Assembly: GCA_965222315.1 (NCBI GenBank) | Contig: OZ244951.1 | Location: 4,550,146 to 4,614,145 of the forward strand | Reading direction: 5' to 3' | Origin: Alphaproteobacteria bacterium | Lineage (GTDB): Bacteria > Pseudomonadota > Alphaproteobacteria > Bin95 | DNA length: 64,000 nt | Part shown: positions 10,626 to 20,312 of the stretch, piece by piece | Position numbering within the stretch: position 1 is the stretch's first letter | Layout of the letters: each line of letters begins with the position of its first letter | Notes under the pieces: model-generated | What the model was told of the DNA's origin: nothing | Databases searched by the model: none | What the model saw: the letters and a program-made list of their open reading frames with translations, nothing else | Translations under genes and position numbers: made by a program

Positions 10626-10838
10626 ATGACCAGCATCAACAGCATTAATTTGACCGAACAGGACCTGGCGGGCCTCGGGATGCACCAGATGGCCTACCTC
10701 CGGGAAGCCAAGATGGATGGAATACAAGGTTTCGCCATCTGCGCCGCCGACGGCAGCGTTATCGGATTCGCCCCCAACCGGGTTAAGGCGATGGCTGCAG
10801 TTATGCAGCATGATATGGAACTGGTCTCCGTTCAGTAA
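10626..10838 (+). CDS. DUF1150 family protein
   Basis: LAGLGMHQMAYLR...AICAADGSVIG...ELVSVQ, in the usual position after an alphaproteobacterial sHsp. Confidence 0.8.
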   Translation: MTSINSINLTEQDLAGLGMHQMAYLREAKMDGIQGFAICAADGSVIGFAPNRVKAMAAVMQHDMELVSVQ

Positions 10839-10864
10839 CGCGAACCTGAATTCGCAGACCAGGC

Positions 10865-11332
10865 TCAGGCGGCGTTCCGCTCTTCCGCTTCGAAGGTGAG
10901 CGTCTGGCGCAGGGTCTCCGCATCCGGCGTAGCGCGCAGGGCTGCGCGCTGCCGCGGGTCACGCAGCATCCGCGACAGGCGCGCCAGCACCCGCAAGTGC
11001 TCCGCGCTGCCGGTATCCGGGGCCAGGAGCGCCACGACGATATCAACCGGCTCATCGTCAAATGCTTCGAAGTTGGCGGGTGTCTCCAGCCGCAGGACAC
11101 AGCCGGCCAGCCGTGTGAGGCCCGGCAGCTTGCCGTGCGGGATGGCAACCCCGCCGCCGATGGCGGTGGAGCCGAGCCGTTCCCGCTCGTTCAGAATGTC
11201 GAATACCTGCCTCTCGTCGAGTCCATGCGCGGATGCAAAGGCCTCGGCAACCGCGCCAAGCAGTTGACGCTTTGTGGCAGCTTCGACGCCGCCCGCTGGC
11301 TCGCACGGTAGAAAGATTTCATCCAACTTCAT
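10865..11332 (-). CDS. ptsN: PTS EIIA(Ntr)-like protein
   Basis: ERERLGSTAIGGGVAIPHGKL phospho-His motif; HLRVLARLSRMLRD. Confidence 0.9.
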   Translation of the reverse strand: MKLDEIFLPCEPAGGVEAATKRQLLGAVAEAFASAHGLDERQVFDILNERERLGSTAIGGGVAIPHGKLPGLTRLAGCVLRLETPANFEAFDDEPVDIVVALLAPDTGSAEHLRVLARLSRMLRDPRQRAALRATPDAETLRQTLTFEAEERNAA

Positions 11333-11514
11333 GCAACTGGCTCGTTCTGTTGAACCGGACTAGCTAGACGCCAACCGGCCTTGATAAAACACGATTCGCC
11401 CGTCGGTGCGGACACATTCTTTCGCGGCGGCATCAACTAGAGCCCCTTGATGGAAAGTGCAAGTCCTGTGGACGCGATCTGTTGACAGGGCCACAATACA
11501 CCCGGCCGTTGCTA

Positions 11515-12357
11515 CTATTTCTTTACCCGCGCCACACCGGCCGCCATGGCATCCAGCTTGGGCAGAACTTCGTCCCGGCTTTCGGAGGCCATGGATATCA
11601 CGATGCGCTCCATCCCCGCTTCCCGGTATTCCGGCCAGATGTCCGGGTCGTGCTCCGCGCCGAACGGTGTGACGGGGATGTCGCGCCCCGCCTCCTGCTT
11701 CATGTCTTCCCACAGGTCGAGCCGGTCGATCAGCCGGTATTCCGGGCGGACGGCATGGGGCAGCCAGCCGTCGCCATATTGCAGCGCCCGGCCCGCCCCC
11801 GCCGGAATATTGCCGCCCACCCAGATCGGCGGGTAGGGCTTCTGCACCGGTTTCGGCCAGGTCATCATGGGGTCGAAGTCGACATATTTGCCGTGATATT
11901 CGGCCTTCGTCTGGGTCCAGATCTGCTGCATCGCCTCGATCTTTTCCCGGCAGATGGTGATGCGCATTTTGAAGGAGGCGCCGTGATTCTCCATCTCGTC
12001 CTGGTTCCAGCCGATGCCGATACCGAACAGGAAGCGCCCGCCCGACAGTTGATCCACCGTCGCCACCGATTTCGCCATCTGAATGGCGTCTCGCTGCGGC
12101 ACCAGACAGATGCCGGTCGCAACCTTGAGCGTGGAAGTCGCCGCTGCTGCGGCAGCCGCCACCGGGAACGGGTCCATCACGTCATAGTATTTCTTGGGCA
12201 GGTCGCCGCCCTGGGGAAACGGCGACTTCCGCGTCAGGGGAATATGGCTGTGCTCCGGCAGCCAGAGGCTCTCGAAGCCACGCTCTTCCAGCGCCTGGGC
12301 CAATTCCGTGGGCGCAATCGAGTAGTCTGTGGCAAACATGGCGACGCCGACATGCAT
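11515..12357 (-). CDS. LLM-class oxidoreductase (Rv2161c-like, putatively F420-dependent)
   Basis: GFESLWLPEHSHIP, ATVDQLSGGRFLFGIGIGWN, WPKPVQKPYPPIWVGG. Confidence 0.85.
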   Translation of the reverse strand: MHVGVAMFATDYSIAPTELAQALEERGFESLWLPEHSHIPLTRKSPFPQGGDLPKKYYDVMDPFPVAAAAAAATSTLKVATGICLVPQRDAIQMAKSVATVDQLSGGRFLFGIGIGWNQDEMENHGASFKMRITICREKIEAMQQIWTQTKAEYHGKYVDFDPMMTWPKPVQKPYPPIWVGGNIPAGAGRALQYGDGWLPHAVRPEYRLIDRLDLWEDMKQEAGRDIPVTPFGAEHDPDIWPEYREAGMERIVISMASESRDEVLPKLDAMAAGVARVKK

Positions 12358-12454
12358 GGCGCAATCCTCCAGCGGTATCAGATAGGGTTGCCGCGACTAT
12401 ACTCCCTCGCCTGTCACCAAGGCGATAGCGTAGCGCAGAATGGTTTGCGGGCGG

Positions 12455-12859
12455 TTAACCCTGCTCTTTCGCCGGGATTTGAGGCCAGTCGCCGAGCCAG
12501 CCCATCGCCGAGCGCCGCCAGATCTGGCCCTTGGGGACAAGCTGCTGGCGTTCCTCGATCACGCCGGTGCGCAGCATTATGACCTCGCGCTCCCCATCCG
12601 CGTTGGTGGCGTAGATCTGGGAGCCGCAGTCGCCACAAAAGCCCTGGGCCCGCCGGCCGCCGCTGGAGCCGATTTTCACATATTCCTTGGGCGTGCCTTG
12701 CCGCAGCCGGAAATCCGCCGCCGCGCTCGGCACGTTCACCCGGAAGGCCGTGGCCGAAAGCGCCTGACAGTCGGCGCAATGGCACAACATGGTCTTCTCC
12801 GGATCGACTTCGGCCTCGAACTTGATCGCGCCGCAATGGCAACCGCCGTGCACTTTCAT
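12455..12859 (-). CDS. GFA/CENP-V family Zn protein
   Basis: MKVHGGCHCG, CHCADCQ, FCGDCGSQIY. Confidence 0.9.
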   Translation of the reverse strand: MKVHGGCHCGAIKFEAEVDPEKTMLCHCADCQALSATAFRVNVPSAAADFRLRQGTPKEYVKIGSSGGRRAQGFCGDCGSQIYATNADGEREVIMLRTGVIEERQQLVPKGQIWRRSAMGWLGDWPQIPAKEQG

Positions 12860-13037
12860 GGGATAATTCCTTCGATTTCCGAGGGATTGCCGGAACCCCG
12901 ATGGTGGGTGCCCGGTCACCAAATGGCAAGCCCGTGTGTTCTGGCGCGCCGGGGCCCGAACCGGGGAGCCTGGACCGACGAGCCTGAACCGCTGCCCCGG
13001 TCTCGTCCGGGGCAGCGGATCGTGCTACGCTGCCGGC

Positions 13038-13340
13038 ATGAAGAAGTTGCGTGCCTTGTGGTCGGGAGACTTGCCCTTGGGCGAGGCGTTCTGGACGTGG
13101 GTGGTCACCATCGGCGTTCCGCTGAACCTTACAACCAGCCTGGCTTTCCTCCTCCTGATCAGTGCCGACATGCCCTGGGCAGCGTTACTCGCCGGGTATG
13201 TGCTGTCTGTGCCTTACAATGTGCTCGTCCTGGTGGGCGTGTGGCGCTCCGCGGGGCGCTACGAGGGCGAGCAGCCGCGCAACGCGGACCTGGCCCGGCT
13301 TGCAACGGTGGCGCTGCTGCTGGTGCTGACGCTGACCTGA
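13038..13340 (+). CDS. Small hypothetical membrane protein
   Basis: MKKLRALWSGDLPLGEAFW followed by three hydrophobic helices and VGVWRSA. Confidence 0.7.
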   Translation: MKKLRALWSGDLPLGEAFWTWVVTIGVPLNLTTSLAFLLLISADMPWAALLAGYVLSVPYNVLVLVGVWRSAGRYEGEQPRNADLARLATVALLLVLTLT

Positions 13341-13525
13341 GGCGGAGGAAGACCACGGGCAACGCATCTCAGCGGAGCCTGCTGTAATTCCGCCTCGGTG
13401 TGTGAAGCACTTCATCGCAGCTAACATGCCTTCAGACAATACTCGCTCGCGTGTGGTTCGTTCTCTCCAGTCGAAAGGGTAGCGAACACTCGCACTAACC
13501 ACTTTTCAGCGAAAGGAGGATTGAA

Positions 13526-13930
13526 ATGGACCGGAAAACATTGATCGCACTGCTTGGCGCGACGGCGCTGGCCGCGTGCACGAACGCGCAAGGCGGAAAG
13601 GGCGGGGGTGGCGGCTCCTCCCTACTGAGCTATGAGGAGGCAACTGCCTGCATCAACGAGGCGACAGACCCTGATAGTCCGGTGATGGGCGGCTTCGACG
13701 TCAAGCGCCTGACCAACACCTGCGATGTAGAGTTGAACGTCGCCTATTGCGTCTCCGATGGTCAGCAGCCGGTGTGCCCTACCGTTGAGCAGCCCGCCCT
13801 ATCCCCGAACGAGTGGACGCGGGCCTTCGTTACCCAGAACTCGGGCGGAATAGTCTCCTATGGCGCCTGCCAGCCGCCCGAACGGGTGCAGACGGACGAA
13901 GACTCCTGGTATTGCGAAGAGATCAACTAG
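13526..13930 (+). CDS. Cys-rich predicted lipoprotein (paralog A)
   Basis: AGGAGG RBS, signal peptide with lipobox LAAC, Gly linker, six further Cys. Confidence 0.8.
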   Translation: MDRKTLIALLGATALAACTNAQGGKGGGGGSSLLSYEEATACINEATDPDSPVMGGFDVKRLTNTCDVELNVAYCVSDGQQPVCPTVEQPALSPNEWTRAFVTQNSGGIVSYGACQPPERVQTDEDSWYCEEIN

Positions 13931-14001
13931 GCAAGAGGCTGCCGGCGTCCGATCCGCAGACGCGGGCGCCGGCCTCTCCTGCGGGAGGAGGTTAGGGAAG
14001 G

Positions 14002-14406
14002 GTGCAATCGTGGCGGCGATGGGGATGGGGGCAATGCTTGCTGCCTGCAGGCATTCTGGTTCTGGCCGGGTGCGAACCGCTGAAGCCGGCGGACCCGCTG
14101 TACATGTTCGAGCAAGCGACGGCGTGCATCAGTGTGACCCTGGATGCGGAGACACCGGTGCTGGACGGCTATGAAGCCTGGCGCGTTACCAATACCTGTC
14201 CGGTGGTCCTTAATGTCGCCTACTGTGTCAGCCGCGGGCTGGACCCGGTCTGCCCGGCGGTTGAGCAGCCGATGCTCTCGCCGGACGAGTCCGTGCGGGC
14301 GCAGGTAGAGGCGGAGACGGACGGCATGGTCTCGGTCGGCGCCTGCCAACCACCGGAGCGCGTACAGACCGGCGACGGCACCTGGTATTGTGAGGAAATC
14401 AACTGA
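14002..14406 (+). CDS. Cys-rich predicted lipoprotein (paralog B)
   Basis: Lipobox LAGC. Same Cys pattern and C-terminus (GACQPPERVQT...WYCEEIN) as the upstream gene. Confidence 0.78.
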   Translation: MQSWRRWGWGQCLLPAGILVLAGCEPLKPADPLYMFEQATACISVTLDAETPVLDGYEAWRVTNTCPVVLNVAYCVSRGLDPVCPAVEQPMLSPDESVRAQVEAETDGMVSVGACQPPERVQTGDGTWYCEEIN

Positions 14407-14554
14407 GCCTATTGGCTTTCCTCCCGCCTGTTCTGGGCGATCCGGACCCGGACCGAGCAGGTTGGGTCCAACGCCTAGAGTATGCGGATCAACCGGTCGA
14501 GGGTTAAGCGCGCGAGGTTCGCCCGGCGCACGCGGGAGGGGGTGCGCACCCTAT

Positions 14555-14660
14555 TCCTTCACCTCGAGTAGCGCCGCCAGGTGCGTATCGAGAGGTCACT
14601 TATTGCCCTCTCCGCCCATCTCTCGATACAGCCGCTCCGCGGCCACTCGAGATGAAGGGA
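14555..14660. repeat. Palindromic REP/RPE-like element
   Basis: Nested stems TCCTTCACCTCGAGT...GTATCGAGAG / CTCTCGATAC...ACTCGAGATGAAGGGA. Same architecture as 46045-46144. Confidence 0.7.
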
Positions 14661-14719
14661 GCGGGTGAGATCACCGGCCCATTTGTGCGTACAAGCCTGC
14701 GCTATGCCCCATTAGCCAT

Positions 14720-14787
14720 CGTCATTGCGAGTCCGGCGCGAGCCGGGCGAAGCAATCAAGCTTAGCAGCTTTGCGTGACGTCTCATG
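14720..14787. repeat. Left half of a GTCATTGCGAG-type palindromic repeat split by IS481
   Basis: CGTCATTGCGAG...GAAGCAATC. The complementary half lies right of the IS. Confidence 0.75.
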
Positions 14788-15891
14788 TGTCTTCTTAAGC
14801 TTCTTCCCGTGCTATATGGCACAGAATGGAGGAAGCCATGTCAGTCTCAGCGAAGCCGTCAACACCGTCCAGGCGTGATGCTGCCAGCAAGCTTGCCGAG
14901 CAGCGGTTGAGCGTACTCGAGCTTGCCAAAGAGCTCGGCAATGCGGCGGAGGCCTGCCGCCGCCGGGGGATGGACCGCACCAGCTTCTACGAATGGAAAA
15001 GGCGCTTTCAGACCCATGGCTTCGATGGCCTGAAAGACCTGCCACCGGTCCATCAATCGCATCCGATGACCACTCCGCCGGAGACGGTTGCCCGCATCCA
15101 CGCCCTGGCGCTGGAGCATCCGGCGTATGGCTGCAACCGGCTGGAGGCGATGCTGGCGCTCGAAGGCGTGCGCGTCTCGGCGATCACCATCCAGAAGATC
15201 CTGAACGAAGCCGGCCTCGGCAGCCGGTATGACCGCTGGCTGAAGCTGGAAGAACAGTTGGCCGGCAAGGCTATCGAGATCACCGCCGAGCAGGCGGCCT
15301 TCATCGAAAAGCTCAATCCCGCCTTCCGCGAGCGGCATGTGGAAAGCGGCGCGCCAGGCGAACTGCTGTCCGCCGACACTTTCTTCGTCGGCAGCCTGAA
15401 GGGCGTGGGCAAGGTCTACCTGCATGCGGTCGTGGATACCTACGGTTCCTATGCCTTCGGCTTCCTGCACGTCTCCAAGCAGCCGGAGGCCGCGGTGGCG
15501 GTGCTGCACAACGACGTGCTGCCCTTCTACCGCAGGCTCGACCTGCCGGTCGGCGCGGTGCTGACCGACAATGGCCGCGAGTTCTGCGGAACCGAAACGC
15601 ATCCCTATGAGCTCTACCTGGCGCTGAATGGGATCGAGCATCGCCGCACCAAGGTGCGCTCGCCGAAGACGAACGGCTTTGTCGAGCGCTTCAACGGCAC
15701 CGTGCTGGACGAGTTCTTCCGCCTGAAAATGCGCGAGACGTTCTACGAGAGCGTCAAAGCCCTACAAACCGACCTGGACGCCTGGCTCGTGCACTACAAC
15801 ACCGAACGGCCCCATCTCGGATACCGCAACCAGGGCCGACGCCCCATCGAAACCGTCAACCTGTTCGTCAGTCAAGAAGCTTAAGAGGACA
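14788..15891 (+). mobile_element. Intact IS481-family insertion sequence
   Basis: IRL TGTCTTCTTAAGCTTCTT (14788-14805) and IRR AAGAAGCTTAAGAGGACA (15874-15891) match at 17/18, with TGT...ACA ends. 7-bp direct repeat TCTCATG at 14781-14787 and 15892-15898. Confidence 0.95.
14838..15884 (+). CDS. IS481-family DDE transposase
   Basis: N-terminal HTH (ACRRRGMDRTSFYEWKRRF), LSADTF, LTDNGREF, TNGFVERFN, YNTERPH. The stop codon lies inside IRR. Confidence 0.95.
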   Translation: MSVSAKPSTPSRRDAASKLAEQRLSVLELAKELGNAAEACRRRGMDRTSFYEWKRRFQTHGFDGLKDLPPVHQSHPMTTPPETVARIHALALEHPAYGCNRLEAMLALEGVRVSAITIQKILNEAGLGSRYDRWLKLEEQLAGKAIEITAEQAAFIEKLNPAFRERHVESGAPGELLSADTFFVGSLKGVGKVYLHAVVDTYGSYAFGFLHVSKQPEAAVAVLHNDVLPFYRRLDLPVGAVLTDNGREFCGTETHPYELYLALNGIEHRRTKVRSPKTNGFVERFNGTVLDEFFRLKMRETFYESVKALQTDLDAWLVHYNTERPHLGYRNQGRRPIETVNLFVSQEA

Positions 15892-15931
15892 TCTCATGGA
15901 TTGCCGCGTCGCTCCGCTCCTCGCAAGGACG
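15892..15931. repeat. Right half of the IS-interrupted palindromic repeat
   Basis: GATTGC...CTCGCAAGGACG is complementary to CGTCATTGCGAG...GCAATC on the left flank. Confidence 0.75.
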
Positions 15932-15951
15932 CCTCCCGACAGCAAAAAGCC

Positions 15952-16467
15952 TTAACGAGAAAGAATGCAATTTATGATAGAAAGCGCCCGGCCTTTTCGT
16001 TTCCATTTGTAGTCACTAAAGTTTATATAGGGCCCAAATAAATCTGGCATTTCATCATGCATTTCAAGGACTCTTGTTATTCGTCGGTGCCATTCATCAG
16101 CCGTTTCTGGGCCTTGCTGGTTAGAATATGCTGAAAACCAAGCGTAGTGGGACCGAAGTTCGCCGAAAAATTTCTCGATTTCCGAACCAAAGAGTGCCTT
16201 AGCTGATTGAAGCCCTATCCCAGCCAAGCTGCCTCGGATGTGATCCCGTAGTTTGTTTTGATCCTCGTCTACCGACGAATGGGTCCCCCTGGGAACTCCC
16301 CCGTACTTGAAAATCACCGAACAAAAAGCGTCGGCGCTCTCATATACCGCCCACCGTTTCTCGAATAGATCTAATCTAAATCTCTCCCTTGTTAACATGT
16401 AGGCTGCATAACTAATGCTGACAGTTATTGAGCCTAGAACCGTAGCAATAATAGCTGCTGCTGTCAT
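15952..16467 (-). CDS. Hypothetical protein with an N-terminal TM helix, AT-richer than neighbours
   Basis: MTAAAIIATVLGSITVSISYAAY then RLDLFEKRWAVY. GGAG upstream. Visibly lower GC than flanking genes. Confidence 0.7.
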   Translation of the reverse strand: MTAAAIIATVLGSITVSISYAAYMLTRERFRLDLFEKRWAVYESADAFCSVIFKYGGVPRGTHSSVDEDQNKLRDHIRGSLAGIGLQSAKALFGSEIEKFFGELRSHYAWFSAYSNQQGPETADEWHRRITRVLEMHDEMPDLFGPYINFSDYKWKRKGRALSIINCILSR

Positions 16468-16536
16468 CGTGCGTTCAGTCTCCAGTGAAAAAGTCGACCC
16501 CTGATGGCAATTCGCTATCAAGGGTCTACTAGTTCC

Positions 16537-19500
16537 TCAACTACACCCAGTCGTGCTCCCACAAGTATCGCACTTGAGGCACGTCCCGTTCCGCACCAGC
16601 GTGAAGTTTCCGCATTCCGGGCAGTTGTCGCCTTCGTAGCCCTTCATGCGGGCCTCCTGCACCTTGGCCGCCCGTTCGGACATGCCGGAGCCGCCGCCGG
16701 TCTCATAGGCCACGGCCACGCTCGACTGGCTGGCGATGACGCCGATGGCGCCCGCCGTCTCGAACGCTTCGACGGCAGCGGTGGCCATCTCCGCGTTGGC
16801 CCGCACCTTCGGCGCGGAGAGCACGTAGAGGTTGTCGCGCAGGTAGCCGGCGCTCGCCAGCCGGCGGGCCGCATCCTGGTCGCCCTCGCGGCGATGCTTC
16901 CACTCCTCGCCCTGGAGGGCGCTCTCATCCTCGCCCTCGCCGACGCTGTCCGGACGGATGTCCTCCGGCTCCACATGGGCCAGGTCGGCGCGGCCCAGAT
17001 AGCTGATCGCCAGTTCGCGGAAGACGTAGTCCACCACGCTGGTTGCCATCTTGATCGCGTCGTTGCCCTCGACCATGCCGGACGGCTCGAAGCGGGTGAA
17101 GGTGAACGCCTCCACGAACTCCTCCAGCGGCACGCCATATTGCAGGCCGATGGAAACAGCGATGGCGAAATTGTTCATCATCGCGCGGAAGGCGGCGCCC
17201 TCCTTGTGCATGTCGATGAAGATCTCGCCCAGCTTGCCGTCTTCCCACTCGCCGGTGCGCAGGTAGACTTTGTGCCCGCCGACGACCGCTTTCTGGGTGT
17301 AGCCCTTGCGGCGGTCGGGCAGCTTCTCGCGCTTGACGATGGCTTTCTCGACAATGCGCTCCACCACGCGGTTGACGGTCTCCGTCTGCGTGATCTCGGC
17401 CTCTTCCTCCACATCGTCCAGCAGGGAGGAGGAGAGCGGTTGGCTGAGCTTGGAGCCGTCGCGGTAGAGCGCGTTCGCCTTCAGCCCCAGCTTCCACGAG
17501 AGCAGGTAGGCATCGGCGCAATCCTGCACGGTCGCGGAATTGTGCATGTTGATGGTCTTGGAGATCGCACCGGAGATGAAGGGCTGCGCCGCCGCCAGCA
17601 TGCGGATATGCGCTTCCGCCGACAGGTAGCGGGTGCCTTCCCGGCCGCACTGGTTGGCCGTGTCAAAGACGGGCAGGTGCTCGTCTTTCAGTTCCGGCGC
17701 ACCCTCGACCGTCATCGCGCCGCAGCAATAGATGTTCGCCGCCCGGATTTCCGCCGGGGTAAAGCCCAGGGCCGCCAGCATGTCGAAGCCGAAATCGTTC
17801 AACTGCTCGTCCGTGAAGCCCAGAACCTCCCGGCAGAAATCCTCGCCGAGTGTGAACTTGTTGAACACGAACTTGATGTCGAAGGCGTTCGGCAGCGCTG
17901 CCTCGACCGCTTCCAGCGCCTCGCGGCTGAAGCCCTTGGCGAACAGCGTTTCATGGTTGATGCCGGGGCCGCCCTTCAGTGTGCCGTTGCCGGTGGCGTA
18001 GGCCTGGATCGCATCCATCTGGTCGCGGGTGTAGCCGAGCGCCTTCAACGCTTCCGGCACCATGCGGTTGATGATCTTGAAGTAGCCGCCGCCCGCCAGC
18101 TTTTTGAACTTCACCAGGGCGAAGTCGGGCTCGATGCCGGTGGTGTCGCAATCCATCACCAGGCCAATGGTGCCGGTCGGCGCGATCACGGTCGCCTGCG
18201 CATTGCGGTAGCCGTGCTGCTCACCCAGCGCCAGCGCCTGGTCCCAGGCTTGGGCGGCACGCTCCGCCAGTCCGGCATAGGGCACCTGCCCCGCTTCCAT
18301 CGGCACCGGCAGGACCGCCAGTTCCTCGTAGCCGCGCGTCTCGCCATGGGCAGCCCGGCGATGGTTCCGGATGACCCGCAGCATGTGGTCCGCGTTCTCT
18401 TCCCAGCGCGGGAAGGGGCCGAGTTCCTTCGCCATTTCGGCGGAGGTGGCGTAGCTCACGCCGGTCATCAGCGCTGTCAGGCCCGCCGCGGCGGCGCGGC
18501 CCTCGACGCTGTCATAGGCAATGCCGGAGGCCATCAGCAGGCCGCCAAGGTTCGCATAACCCAGACCCAGCGTGCGGAAATCGTAGGAGCGCTGGGCGAT
18601 CTCCTTGCTCGGGAACTGGGCCATCAGCACGCTGATTTCCAGTACGACCGTCCAGAGTCGCGTTGCGTGCACATAGGCATCCACGTCGAACTGGCCTTCA
18701 CGGAAGAACGCGCTGGAGGCCAGGTTCATGGAGGCCAGGTTGCAGGCCGTATCGTCCAGGAACATGTACTCGGAGCACGGGTTCGAGGCATTGATGCGGC
18801 CGGACGCCTTGCAGGTGTGCCACTCGTTGATGGTGCTGTCGAACTGCACGCCGGGGTCGGCGCTCGCCCACGCGGCAAAGCTGATCTGGTCCATCAGATC
18901 GCGGGCGCGGAGGGTCTTGGCCGTCTTGCCGTCGCGGCGGTTGGTCAGATTCCAGTCCTTGTCCTGCGACGCCGCTTCCAGGAAGTCGTTGGTTAGGCGG
19001 ACGGAGTTGTTGGAGTTCTGGCCTGCAACGGTCAGGTAGGCATCGGAGTCCCAATCAGTGTCATAGGTCTCGAATTCGAGATCCACATAGCCCTGACGCG
19101 CTAATTGGATCGTGCGCTGCACGTAATTTTCGCTGATCTCCGACTTGCGGGCCTCGCGGATGGCGTTGGCCAGCGTCTTGTTCTGCTTGGGATCGAAGCG
19201 GCCTTCGGGGTTGCCCTCAATGACCTCCGCCTGATCGTGGCAGGCATGCATGACGGCCTTCAGGTGGCGCTCGGCCAGTTTGGAGCCCGCAACCAATGAT
19301 AGAACTTTTTGCTCTTCCACCACCTTCCAGTTGACGAAAGCTTCGATGTCGGGATGGTCCACGTCCAGACACACCATCTTGGCCGCCCGCCTTGTGGTGC
19401 CGCCCGACTTGATGGAGCCCGCCGCCCGGTCGCCGACCCGCAGGAAGGACATCAGGCCGGAGGACTGGCCGCCGCCCGACAGCTTCTCGCCCTCGGCGCG

Positions 19501-20214
19501 CACGTTAGAGAAGTTGGTTCCGGTGCCGCTGCCATACTTGAACAGGCGGGCTTCCCGCACCCAAAGGTCCATGATGCCGCCGTCGTTCACCAGGTCGTCG
19601 CTGACGCCCTGGATGAAGCAGGCGTGCGGCTGCGGCCGCTCATAGGAAGAGTCGGAGCGTTTCAGCTCGCCCGTCTCCGGATCCACATAAAAGTGACCCT
19701 GGCTCGGTCCGTCGATGCCATAGGCCCAATGCAGGCCGGTGTTGAACCATTGCGGGCTGTTCGGCGCCGCCATCTGCATGGCCAGCATGTAGCGGTGCTC
19801 GTCGAAGAAAGCCTGCGCGTCCTCCTCCGTATCGAAATAGCCACCCTTCCAGCCCCAATAGGTCCAGGCGCCTGCCAGCCGGTCGAACACCTGGCGCGAG
19901 TCAGTCTCGCTACCGAACTGCTCGTCCGCCGCGACGCCTTCCAAGGCGGCTTCGTCCGGAACGCAGCGCTGGATGAAGCAGGGCATGCCCTCTTCCTCAA
20001 CGCGCTTCAGCGCTTTCGGCACACCCGCTTTTCTGAAATATTTCTGCGCAATAATATCGACAGCCACCTGGCTCCAATGCTTCGGCACGCGAATATCGTC
20101 GAGCCTGAACACCACCGAACCGTTCGGGTTGACGATCTCGCTTGTGGCGGAGCGGAACTCGATCCGGTCGTACGGGTTCTGACCGGAACGGGTGAAGCGG
20201 CGCTCGATATGCAT
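16537..20214 (-). CDS. nrdJ: Class II (adenosylcobalamin-dependent) ribonucleotide reductase
   Basis: [41 protein letters not shown]-like region and C-terminal CPECG...CDTCG. Confidence 0.97.
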   Translation of the reverse strand: MHIERRFTRSGQNPYDRIEFRSATSEIVNPNGSVVFRLDDIRVPKHWSQVAVDIIAQKYFRKAGVPKALKRVEEEGMPCFIQRCVPDEAALEGVAADEQFGSETDSRQVFDRLAGAWTYWGWKGGYFDTEEDAQAFFDEHRYMLAMQMAAPNSPQWFNTGLHWAYGIDGPSQGHFYVDPETGELKRSDSSYERPQPHACFIQGVSDDLVNDGGIMDLWVREARLFKYGSGTGTNFSNVRAEGEKLSGGGQSSGLMSFLRVGDRAAGSIKSGGTTRRAAKMVCLDVDHPDIEAFVNWKVVEEQKVLSLVAGSKLAERHLKAVMHACHDQAEVIEGNPEGRFDPKQNKTLANAIREARKSEISENYVQRTIQLARQGYVDLEFETYDTDWDSDAYLTVAGQNSNNSVRLTNDFLEAASQDKDWNLTNRRDGKTAKTLRARDLMDQISFAAWASADPGVQFDSTINEWHTCKASGRINASNPCSEYMFLDDTACNLASMNLASSAFFREGQFDVDAYVHATRLWTVVLEISVLMAQFPSKEIAQRSYDFRTLGLGYANLGGLLMASGIAYDSVEGRAAAAGLTALMTGVSYATSAEMAKELGPFPRWEENADHMLRVIRNHRRAAHGETRGYEELAVLPVPMEAGQVPYAGLAERAAQAWDQALALGEQHGYRNAQATVIAPTGTIGLVMDCDTTGIEPDFALVKFKKLAGGGYFKIINRMVPEALKALGYTRDQMDAIQAYATGNGTLKGGPGINHETLFAKGFSREALEAVEAALPNAFDIKFVFNKFTLGEDFCREVLGFTDEQLNDFGFDMLAALGFTPAEIRAANIYCCGAMTVEGAPELKDEHLPVFDTANQCGREGTRYLSAEAHIRMLAAAQPFISGAISKTINMHNSATVQDCADAYLLSWKLGLKANALYRDGSKLSQPLSSSLLDDVEEEAEITQTETVNRVVERIVEKAIVKREKLPDRRKGYTQKAVVGGHKVYLRTGEWEDGKLGEIFIDMHKEGAAFRAMMNNFAIAVSIGLQYGVPLEEFVEAFTFTRFEPSGMVEGNDAIKMATSVVDYVFRELAISYLGRADLAHVEPEDIRPDSVGEGEDESALQGEEWKHRREGDQDAARRLASAGYLRDNLYVLSAPKVRANAEMATAAVEAFETAGAIGVIASQSSVAVAYETGGGSGMSERAAKVQEARMKGYEGDNCPECGNFTLVRNGTCLKCDTCGSTTGCS

Positions 20215-20224
20215 AAGACGGTTA

Positions 20225-20312
20225 ACCCCTTATCTTGTGGTTCGCGGTGCCCAGACCACCAGGCGACGCTAATTGTTGTGTTGGTTTCAGGCTCTCAGCC
20301 CAGATGTGGTAG
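20225..20312. promoter_or_regulatory. Tandem NrdR-box-like sites upstream of nrdJ
   Basis: Degenerate 16-mers ACCCCTTATCTTGTGG (20225), ACGCTAATTGTTGTGT (20266) and AGCCCAGATGTGGTAG (20297) resemble acaCwAtATaTwGtgt. The last two are 31 bp apart, as expected for NrdR pairs. Confidence 0.6.

Noticed and set aside
16504-18996. 830-aa + strand ORF
   Set aside because: Antisense shadow of nrdJ, typical of high-GC codon bias, with no recognisable motifs.
16537-20214. Possible intein or intron in nrdJ
   Set aside because: The reading frame is continuous, the length is normal for alphaproteobacterial NrdJ, and no intein or LAGLIDADG motifs are seen.
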